A stretch of DNA of 64,000 bases, from NCBI GenBank assembly GCA_963841435.1, contig CAWJCS010000006.1, positions 960,001 through 1,024,000 on the forward strand, read 5' to 3'. Below the pieces are notes generated by a model. That model ran no database searches. It saw only the letters and a list, made by a program, of their open reading frames with translations, and was not told where the DNA came from. This document shows positions 36,542-47,163 of this stretch, in pieces. Positions within the stretch are counted from its first letter, which is position 1. Each line of letters starts with the position of its first letter. This DNA is from an uncultured delta proteobacterium. Lineage in GTDB: Bacteria; Myxococcota_A; Polyangia; Polyangiales; Polyangiaceae. A program made the translations under genes and the position numbers.

Positions 36542-38556
36542 CAAGCGAGCCCCTGGCGCTCGAGCAGCGCCTCCATCCGCGGCTCCCGCCCCATGAAGCC
36601 CACGAACAGATCCATCGGATCGCGGCTGTCGCCCTGCGAGAGCACGGCGTCCCGGAAGGCGGCCCCGACGGCCGGGCTCAGCACGCCCTCGCGCCGGAAG
36701 CGCCCGAACGCGTCCGCGTCGAGCACCTCGGCCCACTTGTAGGAATAGTACCCCGCCGCGTACCCGACGGGATGCGAGAACAGATGCAAGAAGCCGGCGA
36801 GCATGCCGTAGTCGTCGGGCAGGGGAGCCGCGGCGTATTTTTCGAGGACCCGGTTCCCGAAGGCGAGAGGGTCTGCGTCGCCGCCCTCGAAGCCGCGGTG
36901 CAGCGCGAGGTCGACCGCCGCGAAGCCGAGCTGGCGCATCTGCTGGCTCGCCGCGCGAAACGTGCGAGCCGCGCGGAGCCTGTCGAGCAGGTCGTCGGGG
37001 ATGGGCGCGCCGGTCTCGTAGTGCCGGGCGAACAGGTTCAGGCCCTCACGCTCCGTGCAGAAGTTTTCCATGATCTGCGACGGGAGCTCGACGAAGTCCT
37101 GGACCACGCGCGTTCCCGCGAGGCTCCGCACGCTCACCGTGCTCAGGCAGTGGTGCAGGAGGTGGCCGAACTCGTGGAAGATGGTCTCGACGTCCCGATG
37201 CGTGAGGAGCGACGGCTTGCCGCCCGCGGGCGGCGCGACATTGGCGCAGAACACGGCGACGTGACGCGCCGGCGGCACGGCAGCGACGAGCCCGTGCATC
37301 CAGGCGCCGCCGCGCTTACTCTCGCGCGGGTAGGGGTCAACGTAGAACTGGGCAAGCTCCCGCCCGTCGCGGTCGAGCAGGCGGAAGGCGCTCACGCTCT
37401 CGTGCCACGTGCTCGCGCCCTCGTCTGCGACGACGCTCACACCGTAGAGCGTCTGCGCGAGCGCGAACGCTCCGTTTAGCACCCGGTCGAAGGGAAAGTA
37501 GGGACGGAGCTTTTCGTCGTCGAACGCGTAGCGTGAGAGCTTGAGCTTCTCGGAGTAGTAACCGATGTCCCACGGCATGAGCTCGGGGGCGCTCGGCCCT
37601 TCGAGCTCGCGGCGGAACGCGAGCAGCTCGGTCTTTTCGTGCTCGAACGCGGGTTCGGTCTTCTGGGTGAGGTCGTCGACGAAACGCTGGGCCTCGGCGC
37701 CAGTTTTGGCCATGCGCTCTTCGGTGACGAGATCGGCGAAGTCCCCGAAGCCGAGCAGACGCGCCCTCTCGCGCCGGAGCTCGAGCAGGCGACGCACGAG
37801 TGGGCGATTGTCTCGCTCGCCCGAGGTTGCCCGATCGTTGTACGCCTTCCAGATCGCGCGCCTGAGCTCGGGATCGTGGGCGTACGTGAGCACGGCGGTG
37901 ACGCTCGGCGCCTGCAGCGTCAAGCGGAAGCCCGGCTTGTCGGCGGCTCGGGCAGCGTCGCGCGCGAGCTCGAGCGCCGACGGGGGCAGCCCCGAGAGCT
38001 TCGCTTCGTCCTCGATGACGAGCGCGAAGGCGTTGGTGTCGTCGAGCACGTTTTGCGCGAAGCGGGAGGTGAGCGTCGAGAGCTCACGGTCGATCGCCGT
38101 GAGGCGCTCCTTCTCGGGACCGGCGAGGCTAGCGCCGTGGCGGCGCAGCTCCGCGAGGGTTTTCTTGAGGAAGCGGGTGCGCGTGGGGTCGAGCGCGCGA
38201 GCCTCCGCCGTCTCGGCGAAGGCGGAGAGGCGCGCGAAGAGTCGCGAGCGCAGTGGGATTCCGGCAAAGAAGGCGCTCACCTCCGGCAGCATCTCGTTGT
38301 AGGCGTCGCGCAGGGCCTGCGTCGTGGCCGTGCTCTCGAGGTGCTCCACGACGCCCCAGGCGGTCTCGAGCCGCTCGCTGGCGGTTTCGAGCGCAGCGAG
38401 CGTGCTCGAGTAGGTGGGTGGCGAGAGGTCGGACTCGAGCGCCTCGAGCCGAGCGTTGGCGTCGGCGAGCAGCGCGCTCACGGCGGGAACGACGTGCTCC
38501 GGGCGAACGCGGTCGAAGGGGAGCTCGGTGCCGAGGTCGAGCAGCGGGTTTTCCAC
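36541..38556 (-). CDS. prlC: Oligopeptidase A (M3 family)
   Basis: ENPLL, KRGGAWM, FHEFGHLLH, DFVELPSQIMEN, YAAGYYSYKWAEVLDADAF. Confidence 0.95.
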   Translation of the reverse strand: MENPLLDLGTELPFDRVRPEHVVPAVSALLADANARLEALESDLSPPTYSSTLAALETASERLETAWGVVEHLESTATTQALRDAYNEMLPEVSAFFAGIPLRSRLFARLSAFAETAEARALDPTRTRFLKKTLAELRRHGASLAGPEKERLTAIDRELSTLTSRFAQNVLDDTNAFALVIEDEAKLSGLPPSALELARDAARAADKPGFRLTLQAPSVTAVLTYAHDPELRRAIWKAYNDRATSGERDNRPLVRRLLELRRERARLLGFGDFADLVTEERMAKTGAEAQRFVDDLTQKTEPAFEHEKTELLAFRRELEGPSAPELMPWDIGYYSEKLKLSRYAFDDEKLRPYFPFDRVLNGAFALAQTLYGVSVVADEGASTWHESVSAFRLLDRDGRELAQFYVDPYPRESKRGGAWMHGLVAAVPPARHVAVFCANVAPPAGGKPSLLTHRDVETIFHEFGHLLHHCLSTVSVRSLAGTRVVQDFVELPSQIMENFCTEREGLNLFARHYETGAPIPDDLLDRLRAARTFRAASQQMRQLGFAAVDLALHRGFEGGDADPLAFGNRVLEKYAAAPLPDDYGMLAGFLHLFSHPVGYAAGYYSYKWAEVLDADAFGRFRREGVLSPAVGAAFRDAVLSQGDSRDPMDLFVGFMGREPRMEALLERQGLA

Positions 38557-38623
38557 GGGCGTCCGACTATAGCATCGCCCGGGCGCCGCTTTCGCGCCGT
38601 CCAGTTCACGCTATGCTCGTCGG

Positions 38624-40600
38624 GTGACGGAAGGCAGCATCGTCGCGGGTACGGAGCTCTACCGGCCCAGCGCCGAGCGGGTCCAGCGGAGCCGCCTCTA
38701 CACGTTCGCCGAGTACCTCGAGCGCGAGCACGGCGTCCCGCGCGGGAGCTACCAAAAGCTCTGGCGCTTTTCGGTCGACGAGATCCCGACGTTTTGGCGC
38801 GCGCTCGCGGATTTCTTCGACGTGCACTTCGTCACGGGCGAAAATCTGGTGCTCGCCGGCGCCATGCCGGATGCCCACTGGTTTCCGGGGGCAACCCTGA
38901 ACTACGCCGAGCACGCGCTCCGCGGACCCGACGAGGCGCTCGCGGTGATCGCCTGCTCCGAGGGCGGAGCACGCCGCACGCTGACGTTCGGCGAGCTCCG
39001 CAGCGAGGTCCAGAGGGTGCGCGCTGGGCTCGTCGCGCTCGGCGTCGGGCGGGGCGACCGCGTGGCGGCGCTCCTGCCGAACGGTGTCGAGGCGCTCGTC
39101 ACGTTCCTCGCGACGGCGAGCCTCGGCGCCGTGTTCTCGAGCTGCTCTCCCGAATTCGGCCTCAAAAGCGTGCTCGACCGTTTCCGCCAGATCCGGCCGC
39201 GCGTGTTGGTTGCCGTCGATGGCTATCGCTACGGCGGCAAGGCCTTCGATCGTTCGGCCGACGTCGCCGCCATCTTCGCGGACCTCGAGGGCGCGCGCGC
39301 CGTGGTCCTGCCCGTGCTCGCCGACGAGCCCCCGATCCCCGGCGCCCTGTCGTGGGCGGAGCTTTCGGCGGGCACGGCACCGCTCACGTTCGAGCCCGTG
39401 CCCTTCGAGCACCCGCTGTGGATCCTCTACTCCTCGGGCACGACTGGCTTGCCGAAGGCGATCGTTCAGGGGCACGGCGGCATCCTGCTCGAGCACATGA
39501 AGGCGCTCGCCCTGCATTCCGATCTCGGCCCGGGGGATCGCTTCTTTTGGTTTTCGACCACGGGCTGGATGATGTGGAACTATCTCGTGAGCGGCCTTAC
39601 CGTCGGCGCGACGATCGTCCTATACGACGGCAGCCCCGCGTATCCATCGCTCGACGCGCTCTGGGCATTCGCCGAGACCGAGCGCCTGACGTACTTCGGG
39701 ACGAGCGCGCCGTTCTTGCTTTCGTGCCAGAAGCGGCGCCTCGTGCCGAAGAGCAAGCACGACTTTTCGAGCCTGCGCGCGATCGGCAGCACCGGCGCGC
39801 CGTTGCCCGCGAATGGCTTCGCCTGGGTTTACCAGAACGTGAAGGATGATCTCTTGCTCGCGTCGGTGAGCGGCGGCACCGACGTGTGCACCGCGTTCCT
39901 ACTGTCCTGCCCTATGCTTCCAGTGCGTGCGGGTGAGATCCAGTGCGCGGGTCTCGGCGCCAAGGTGGAATCGTTCGATCCCGACGGGCAGCCGGTGACG
40001 GACGAGGTGGGGGAGCTCGTCCTCACGGCTCCGCTGCCGTCGATGCCCGTCTCGTTTTGGGGTGACGACGACGGGTCGCGGTTGCGCGAGGCGTATTTTT
40101 CGACCTTCCCCGGTGTGTGGCGCCACGGCGACTGGGTCAAGCTGACGAGCGCCGGCTCGGCCATCATCTACGGTCGCTCGGACTCGACGCTGAACCGCGG
40201 TGGCGTGCGCATGGGAACGAGCGAGTTTTACCGCGTCATCGAGGCGATCCCCGAGATTGCCGACAGCCTCGTCGTGGATACCGGCTCGCTCGACGGCGAC
40301 GTCATGGGCAAGCTCTGGTTGTTCGTCGTGCTCGCGGGCGAGGCGAAGCTCGATCAAGAGCTCGAGCGGCGCATCCGAACGACGCTCGTTGCCGAGCTCT
40401 CCCCGCGGCACGCTCCGGACGAGATCCGCGCCATCAGCGTCGTGCCCCGCACGCTGAACGGCAAGAAGCTCGAGGTCCCGGTCAAGCGCATCCTGCTCGG
40501 GACCGCGCTCGAGCGCGCCGTGAGCCGCGACACGCTCGCCGACCCGGGCGCTCTCGATCCGTTCGTCGCGCTCGCCGCCGAGCTCGGCACGCGCGCCTGA
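38624..40600 (+). CDS. Acetoacetate-CoA ligase
   Basis: WFPGATLNYAE, YSSGTTGLPKAIV, TTGWMMWN, SGGTD, GRSDSTLNRGGVRMG, NGKKLEVPVK. Confidence 0.93.
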   Translation: MTEGSIVAGTELYRPSAERVQRSRLYTFAEYLEREHGVPRGSYQKLWRFSVDEIPTFWRALADFFDVHFVTGENLVLAGAMPDAHWFPGATLNYAEHALRGPDEALAVIACSEGGARRTLTFGELRSEVQRVRAGLVALGVGRGDRVAALLPNGVEALVTFLATASLGAVFSSCSPEFGLKSVLDRFRQIRPRVLVAVDGYRYGGKAFDRSADVAAIFADLEGARAVVLPVLADEPPIPGALSWAELSAGTAPLTFEPVPFEHPLWILYSSGTTGLPKAIVQGHGGILLEHMKALALHSDLGPGDRFFWFSTTGWMMWNYLVSGLTVGATIVLYDGSPAYPSLDALWAFAETERLTYFGTSAPFLLSCQKRRLVPKSKHDFSSLRAIGSTGAPLPANGFAWVYQNVKDDLLLASVSGGTDVCTAFLLSCPMLPVRAGEIQCAGLGAKVESFDPDGQPVTDEVGELVLTAPLPSMPVSFWGDDDGSRLREAYFSTFPGVWRHGDWVKLTSAGSAIIYGRSDSTLNRGGVRMGTSEFYRVIEAIPEIADSLVVDTGSLDGDVMGKLWLFVVLAGEAKLDQELERRIRTTLVAELSPRHAPDEIRAISVVPRTLNGKKLEVPVKRILLGTALERAVSRDTLADPGALDPFVALAAELGTRA

Positions 40601-40624
40601 GGCGCGCTGCGCGTCGAGGGGCGC

Positions 40625-41533
40625 TCAGCGGTCGAGCCCGAGCCGCCGCCGCGACACCTCGAACGCCAGGGGGCTCGCGTCGATGCCGAGAAAGCGACGG
40701 CCGAGCCGGTGCGCCACGAACAGCGTCGTGCCCGAGCCGCACATCGGATCGAGCACGCGGCTTTCGGGCAGCGAGGCCGCAAGCACGATGCGTTCGAGCA
40801 GCGCTTCGGGTTTCTGCGTCGGGTAACCCGTGGCTTCGTCCGAGAGCGGCGTGTTGGCGCTCATCGCCGGGCAGTCGGCCCAGACGCTGCCGAGGCGTCG
40901 GCCGCGGTCGGCGTAATAGCGGTACGTCTTGCCCGCGATGCGGCGCTCGCGAAAGCGGCGGCCGCCCTCGTTGACGGACGAGAAATGCATGCGCAGGCTC
41001 GTCGAGGCGAACGGCTCGCGCAAGGTGGGGTCGTCGCCGTTCCAGATGGGCTCGCGGCCGCGCGCGTAGACGAGCAAGGTCTGGTGCGTGACGCTCGGCC
41101 CGCGCCGCCGTCGCCCGCCGTTGCCCGGCACCCAGACGATCTCGCCACGAAACGCGGTGCGGCCGAAGAGTCGATCGCAGAGGACCTTGGCCTCGTGCAC
41201 CGTGCGGTGATCGAGGTGCAAGAACAACGAGCCTCGCTCGCTCATGGCGTCCCTCACGGCAGCAAGCCGGGGCCCGAGCATGAAAAGGAACGCCTCGACG
41301 CTCGGAAACGTGTCGACATAGGCGCGCGGTCCCCGGGCGCGCGCGCCCTTGCCGCGGCGCACGCCGTGATGCGTGCGCGCGTTGAAAGGCGGATCCACGT
41401 AGACGAGGTCGCAGCGCTCGCGCGGCGCCCGCGCGAGCGACGGCAAAAGCTCGAGGCAGTCGCCGAGCGCGAGCGTTCCGCCCTTGCTCTCGAGCACGCG
41501 CGCGGGAAGCGTGCGGCCCGCGCGAGCGTTCAC
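40625..41533 (-). CDS. Orphan amino-DNA methyltransferase, beta class (N6-A/N4-C)
   Basis: GDCL, YVDPPF, YPTQKPEALLERIV, VLDPMCGSGTT; GTGA overlap with the upstream gene. Confidence 0.9.
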   Translation of the reverse strand: MNARAGRTLPARVLESKGGTLALGDCLELLPSLARAPRERCDLVYVDPPFNARTHHGVRRGKGARARGPRAYVDTFPSVEAFLFMLGPRLAAVRDAMSERGSLFLHLDHRTVHEAKVLCDRLFGRTAFRGEIVWVPGNGGRRRRGPSVTHQTLLVYARGREPIWNGDDPTLREPFASTSLRMHFSSVNEGGRRFRERRIAGKTYRYYADRGRRLGSVWADCPAMSANTPLSDEATGYPTQKPEALLERIVLAASLPESRVLDPMCGSGTTLFVAHRLGRRFLGIDASPLAFEVSRRRLGLDR

Positions 41534-42407
41534 TCGCCGGCCTCGGCGGGCACGAAGCTCTCGGCGCTGCCAGCGCCGCCGAGCGGGGCGGGTGGCTCGT
41601 CGCTCGCGAGGGCGGCGACGAGGCCCGGCTCGTCGAGCGCGACGGGCGCAGGCACGGGCGGCAGCCATTCCCAGTACGGACCACCACCGATGCAGCCGTG
41701 TGCCATCTCCTCGAGGCTACAGGCGATGCGCATGTGGACGTGATCGTCGTGGCTCAGGCTGTCGCCGGGCTCGAGCATGACGCTCTGGGCGTGGAGCACG
41801 AGATTCGAGCGGCTCCCCGCGCGCGAGCGCGTAGTCGACGAGCAGGGCCTCGATGGTGCGGCTCACGAACAGGAACTGAACGCCGATCTCCGGTGCCGTG
41901 ACGAGGGAGCGGACGAGGCGCCACTCGTGCTCAACGTCGAAGCGAAGAACCTGCCCGCTTTCCCACACGCGCGCGAGACCATCGGTGCCGACGCGCACGA
42001 ATCCGGGAGCTGTGACTCTTGCGCCGCCGGGCGTCAAAAAGTAAAATAGAATGTTGAACGTCACGGCCCGTGCGGTGCGATTGATGCCCGGGGATCTTGC
42101 CGCCGTTCTGGGCGGACAGGTCGCCGATGACGAGTGGGGGCGCGTTCGGTCCGACAGCGAGCTCGTCCGCGATGCGCTCGAGCGCGGCGACGAGCCGCGG
42201 GCGGCCGAAGTAGTGGTCGCCCTGGGGGCGAAAACGAACGAAGCCCGGGCCGCTCACGGGCAGCTCCACGCCGTCGGTCTGCACGCCCGAGCCCGGCGCA
42301 CCGACCGTGCCCGTGATGCCGGGCGTGAGCGGCGAGGGCGCGGCGATGCACCCCGTGAGCGACAGGGCCGAAAGCCACGCGAGGAGCCGAGCGCCCGCGC
42401 TCCTCAC
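41530..42407 (-). pseudogene. MepA-like penicillin-insensitive murein endopeptidase lipoprotein; two +1 frameshifts (about 42057 and 41804), possibly consensus errors
   Basis: LTGC lipobox, IGDLS..GG, HQSHRTGRDV, C-terminal HDDHVHMRI spread over three frames. Confidence 0.8.
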
Positions 42408-45025
42408 GGCCGACCACCCGAGAGATACCCCGCGACGGTCTCTTCGATGGCGGCGATCGCCTCGGGGCGAACGTACGCCGGCGAGAGCTCGTAGCCCTGG
42501 CGATGGACGAGGAACCCCTGGTCGGCGAACGCCATCATGGCGTTCTGGATCACCGGCTTGCTGATCGATTCGGGCCGCTCGATGAGGCCCTGCGCCAGAA
42601 GCTCGCGGCCCGCGCCGAGCGCCTTCTTGACGAGCTCTTTTTCGCTCAGGGGCCCCTTTTCGAGGCTCGCGAGCGCGCGCGCCGCCACCCGATAGCCCTC
42701 GAGAAAGCTTGCCACGGCGTCGCGGTACCACTCGAGCCATTGCAGGCCCGAGAGGCCGTCGTGCCCCGTGCCGGGCTCGAGATCCTCTCCGGACTGCACG
42801 AGCTCGCCGGCGTCGGTCATGCTCTGCACGGTTTCCCCGAAGATCGCCGAAAAGGGCTGATCGGCGCGGAAGCGGAACTCGAATTTGAAGAGCCGCGACA
42901 GCTCGCGCACGCGCTCGCTGACGAGCTCGAGCCGCCGCTCCGGGAGAGCGAGAACGGCGAGGGCGACCAGCGCGCGCTCGACGAAGAAATGCACGATGAC
43001 GTTCTTGGAGGTGTCGAGGGACAAGCGCTTGTGCGCGGGAACGGAGTAGAAGGCGCCCGGACCGGCCTTGGCCGGCCGCCGCCCGGTCTCCGCGCTGGCG
43101 GCGTCGAGGCTCGGGGCCACGGCGATGAGCTCCGTGTCGGCGAACATCTGCAGCGCTTCGCGTAGCGCCTCGAGGCGCGTGGTGCCGTCCGGAGTACGCA
43201 GGGCCGGGCTCACGCGCGCGCCGAGCCCTGCGATCACGAAGAGCAAGCGCTCGCAGCGAGTGACCACCTGGTCGTGAGACATGGAAGAGCCCCGATGCGT
43301 GAGCAGTGTCGTCGCGACGAGCGAGCCCGGTGTCACGGCGGTCACGCGATTGATCTCGTCCATCACGCGATTGCCCAGGCGCGTGACGAGCGCCCGACGG
43401 CGCGCAGGGCTGAGCGGAGCATCGCCCTGAATGCCGACCTCGGCCGCGAGCTCGCGCAGCGTGAGGAGCTGGCCGACCTGCAGGCTGATGCGGCCGTAGC
43501 GATGCCGCAACAGATCCCGCGACTTGAAAAGCCCCGCGGCGTCTTCCTTCTCTTTGTCGCCGCCCGACAGTTCTCGCCCGTAGCTGCGCGCCTCGATCAC
43601 CTGCTCGTAGCCGATGCTGACGGGGACGAAGAAGGTCGGCCTTTCGGGCACGGCAAGCGCCGCGTCGACGAGCATTCCGAGGAGCCCGAACTTCGGCGGC
43701 AAGAGCTTGCCCGTGCGGCTCCGCCCGCCCTCGAGGAACAGCTCGATGGGGTACCCGTCGCGGATGAGGCGACGCACGTAGGCGTCGACCACGGCGGCGT
43801 ACAAGCGATCGCCGCGGAATGCTCGCCGGATGAAGAACGCGCCGCCGCGGCGGAATATCGCGCCGACCGGAAAGAAGTTCAGGTTGTCGCCGGCGGCGAT
43901 GAGCGGCAAGGGTAGGTTCTGCTGATTGAAGACGTAGCTCAGGATCAGGTAGTCGATGTGGCTCTTGTGGCTGGGGAGCAGGATGAGCGCGCCCTCGTGA
44001 GCGGCGGCGCGCAGTCGATCGATATCCGATTTTTCCCACTCGATGCCGGCGTAAACGCGCGAGAACACCCGTTCGAACATCACCTCGAGCCCCTTGATCG
44101 TCGTGCGGTCCGGCGTCGCTGCGAGCTCGCGCAGCATCTCGAGGGCCCTGCTCATCAGCGTGTAGCGGGTGGTGCGCTCGTCGACGAGGTCCTCGATCAC
44201 GCCGCGCAGCCTGGGGCTCCGGAGGATTTCCTGGCGTACGCGCTCGGGCGCTTTCTCGGCGGGTCCGGTGACGCTCCGACGCTCGCGCTCGAGACGCCGC
44301 AGCACCGTGTAGGTCAGACGCCGGACGCGCGCGGACTCCGACATGCCGTTCGCGCTCTCGAGGAACGCCTTGAGGTCGATGGGCTCCCCGAGCTTCAGCT
44401 CGACGTGACGGTAGTTGTAGAAAAACTGAGCGATGGTCCGCGCCGGGCTCGGCCATTCGCGCGGTCCGAGCAAGAAGTCGAGCGGCTCGGAGCCTCGCGT
44501 GTCCGGCGAGCGAGACCACACGAACACCTGCGGCACGAGGAAGATGGGGCGCGCGCGGCGCTCGGACAGCTCGAAGAGCGCTCGCATGATCTCGTCGCCT
44601 TCCATGAGCCCGCGAGCGCCTGCGCGGCCCGTGGCGACGGCGTCGAGCACACCGGGGGGGCGCTTGAGGAACAGCGCGGCCGAGCCGCCGCGCGACAGCG
44701 CATCCTCGAGCTCGTCGCGAGGGGCCACGCGCGCGGGCAGGATGGCGTTGAGCCAGCCCTTACCGAGCGGATTGAGGATCCAGAGACCGAGATCGTTGAC
44801 GAAGCGGACCTGCGGTAGCCGGTAGCGCTTCGTGAGGTAATCGAGCGCCAAAAAGTCGATGAAGTTGAGGTTCCTGAGCACGTAGACGACCTCGCCGCGT
44901 GCGGCGAGATCGCGCACCGCCGCGACCCAGGCTTCGTCGACGTGGATCTGGTCGAAGAAGCGCTCGTAGATGGCTCGGAGCGCGGGGTTCGGCTCGTAGG
45001 TTCGCGTGAGCTCGCGGTCGGGCAT
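42404..45025 (-). CDS. plsB: Glycerol-3-phosphate acyltransferase (PlsB-type)
   Basis: PSHKSHIDY, AAGDNL, GGAFFIRR, FLEGGRSRTGK, VPVSIGYE. Confidence 0.92.
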   Translation of the reverse strand: MPDRELTRTYEPNPALRAIYERFFDQIHVDEAWVAAVRDLAARGEVVYVLRNLNFIDFLALDYLTKRYRLPQVRFVNDLGLWILNPLGKGWLNAILPARVAPRDELEDALSRGGSAALFLKRPPGVLDAVATGRAGARGLMEGDEIMRALFELSERRARPIFLVPQVFVWSRSPDTRGSEPLDFLLGPREWPSPARTIAQFFYNYRHVELKLGEPIDLKAFLESANGMSESARVRRLTYTVLRRLERERRSVTGPAEKAPERVRQEILRSPRLRGVIEDLVDERTTRYTLMSRALEMLRELAATPDRTTIKGLEVMFERVFSRVYAGIEWEKSDIDRLRAAAHEGALILLPSHKSHIDYLILSYVFNQQNLPLPLIAAGDNLNFFPVGAIFRRGGAFFIRRAFRGDRLYAAVVDAYVRRLIRDGYPIELFLEGGRSRTGKLLPPKFGLLGMLVDAALAVPERPTFFVPVSIGYEQVIEARSYGRELSGGDKEKEDAAGLFKSRDLLRHRYGRISLQVGQLLTLRELAAEVGIQGDAPLSPARRRALVTRLGNRVMDEINRVTAVTPGSLVATTLLTHRGSSMSHDQVVTRCERLLFVIAGLGARVSPALRTPDGTTRLEALREALQMFADTELIAVAPSLDAASAETGRRPAKAGPGAFYSVPAHKRLSLDTSKNVIVHFFVERALVALAVLALPERRLELVSERVRELSRLFKFEFRFRADQPFSAIFGETVQSMTDAGELVQSGEDLEPGTGHDGLSGLQWLEWYRDAVASFLEGYRVAARALASLEKGPLSEKELVKKALGAGRELLAQGLIERPESISKPVIQNAMMAFADQGFLVHRQGYELSPAYVRPEAIAAIEETVAGYLSGGRP

Positions 45026-45163
45026 GCTGTCGGCGGAGGGCGCGGTGGCTGTCGAAGCCTACCACCAGTTCTCTTGCAGGAGCGCTCGGGCCCGCGGCCG
45101 CTCCTGCGCCCGCTGGCTGGCCGGACGCTTGCGCATCGCCGGGCGAGCGAGTAGCGAGACCCG

Positions 45164-46501
45164 GTGACGGTCCGTCGACAGCCCGAACGGTGCCTGATCG
45201 GCGTCCTGTCGGCGGCGCTCGCCATCGCGCTCGCCGTCGGGTGTCGGTCCAAGCAGCGCTCCCGCGCCGTGCCCGCTGAAAAGTCGAGCGCCGTGGCCTC
45301 GGCGAGCGCTGTCCCGGAACGCCCCGCGGGGCGTTGCCGCGAGCTCGCTCCGGGACCCGCCGTGCGCCTCGGAGAGCCTGCGAGAGCGCCCTCGAACGGC
45401 GATGACGACGACGAAGCGGCCGACGATTCCACGTTGCCATTCGCCCCCGAGATCGGCCAGGCGGTCGCGTTGCCCGGGTGGTTCGCCGCCAGCGCGCAGC
45501 GCTCGGCGGGGGGCGGGACCGAGGACGTGATCGCGCTCGTTCCCGACGACGGCAAACCGGGGCGAATCGTCTCGCTCGGGCGCGTGTACGGCGACGTGGA
45601 CCCCGCCGTGCTCGCGGCGCGCGGCGCGAAGCTCGGCGTCGGGGTCCTCGACAGTGACGCCAAGGGCACGACGCTGAAGCTCTTCTTGCTCGGCGTCACG
45701 TCGGATGCGCCGCGGCCGCTCGGCGAGCTCACCGACGTGGAGCAGGATGCGGGCGTCGCCGCCGCCTACGGGCCGCGCGGCCCGCTGTTCGTGCTCGGCA
45801 GGAGGCGCGTGGGAAAGCCCACGAGCCTCGCCTCCGTTCAGGTCAACGAGGGCGCGCCGCGGCCGCTCGGGATCAACGAGCTCGAGGGCACCCAGGCGGC
45901 CGAATCGCCGGTGCTCGCGCTCCGTCCCGGCGGCTACTGGCTTGCGTACGTGGTCGAGCGAGGCGTGCCCGACGCCGGGGCTCCCGCGGACGGTGACAGG
46001 CTCGTCGCGATCGGCGCGCGCACCGTGCTCGCGCTGCTGCTCGATGCGGACGGCAAGCCCACGGGCCGTCCGCTCGCCGTGAGCGCGCCGGACGCGCACG
46101 CCACGGGCTTCGCCGCGGCCGCGCAGCCGGACGGCTCGCTCGCGCTCGCGTTTCGGGAGGACGACGCCACGCCGGGGGTCGACCGCGGCGACATCGAGCT
46201 CGCCCGTGTGGCTCTCGACGGCTCGATCACGCGCGGGCGGATCGACGACGAGGACATCGGCACGGGGCTGCCGTCACTTTTCGCCGACGAGGCGGCGGGC
46301 CACACCTGGCTCGGCGTTCACAGCGCGAGGGATGCCGTGCGCTTCGGCACCCTCGCCCCCTCCGCGCTCGCCGTGCAGGGCCTCGCCACCGACCCCGCGC
46401 TCGGCCGGAGCGAGCTCGTCGCCGCGGGCGCGGGGCGGGTGCTCGAGGCACGGTTTCGCGGCGGTGCGCTCGAGCTCGGCGTGCTCGCCTGCAAACCCTG
46501 A
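45164..46501 (+). CDS. Lipoprotein of unknown function (beta-rich)
   Basis: LAIALAVGC lipobox; 445-aa ORF filling the gap. Confidence 0.7.
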   Translation: MTVRRQPERCLIGVLSAALAIALAVGCRSKQRSRAVPAEKSSAVASASAVPERPAGRCRELAPGPAVRLGEPARAPSNGDDDDEAADDSTLPFAPEIGQAVALPGWFAASAQRSAGGGTEDVIALVPDDGKPGRIVSLGRVYGDVDPAVLAARGAKLGVGVLDSDAKGTTLKLFLLGVTSDAPRPLGELTDVEQDAGVAAAYGPRGPLFVLGRRRVGKPTSLASVQVNEGAPRPLGINELEGTQAAESPVLALRPGGYWLAYVVERGVPDAGAPADGDRLVAIGARTVLALLLDADGKPTGRPLAVSAPDAHATGFAAAAQPDGSLALAFREDDATPGVDRGDIELARVALDGSITRGRIDDEDIGTGLPSLFADEAAGHTWLGVHSARDAVRFGTLAPSALAVQGLATDPALGRSELVAAGAGRVLEARFRGGALELGVLACKP

Positions 46502-46532
46502 CGGCTGCCGGTCGAGCCCCGTGTGGCGGGCG

Positions 46533-47081
46533 TCAGCGCGGCGTCGGGGCGACGAGCATGCTGTCGCGCAGGCGTTCCGCCGTGGGGGCGTCGACGAGTT
46601 GCTCGACCGTCGCGAGCGCGAACTCGAGCGCCGTGCCGACGCTACGGCTCGTGATCACGTTGCCGTCGACGACGACGCGGTCGTCGCTCACGCGCGCGCT
46701 CGGGATGGGGTGGCCGGGGTAGGCGGTGGCGCGCCGCCCGGCGAGCACGCCGGCGGCCTCGAGTGCGATCGGCGCGGCGCACACCGCCGCGATGGTCTTG
46801 TTGGCGCGATCGGCAGCGCGGAGCAGCTCGAGCACGCGCGGATCGTCGGCGAGGTGCCTGGCGCCCGGCATGCCGCCGGGCAGCACCACGGCGTCGAAGG
46901 CCGCGACATCGACGGCGTCGAGCAACGCGTCCGCCACGAGCGCGATGCCGTGCGAGCCACGCACGGGGCTCTCGCCGAGCGCGGCCGCGGTCACCTCGAC
47001 CCCGGCGCGGCGCAGGACGTCGATGACGGTGACGGCTTCCGTCTCCTCGAAGCCTTCGGCCAAGAGCACGAGCGCTTTCAC
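46533..47081 (-). CDS. DJ-1/YajL/PfpI-family protein
   Basis: GFEETE, LPGGMPG, AAVCAAP, ITSRSVGT. Confidence 0.93.
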   Translation of the reverse strand: MKALVLLAEGFEETEAVTVIDVLRRAGVEVTAAALGESPVRGSHGIALVADALLDAVDVAAFDAVVLPGGMPGARHLADDPRVLELLRAADRANKTIAAVCAAPIALEAAGVLAGRRATAYPGHPIPSARVSDDRVVVDGNVITSRSVGTALEFALATVEQLVDAPTAERLRDSMLVAPTPR

Positions 47082-47163
47082 GCGGCGAAAGCTACCAGCG
47101 GCGCGGCGTCGGGTCGAGCCGCTGCCCCTGCGCCGGGTGCCTCGCGAAGCGCGCGGCGCCGCG

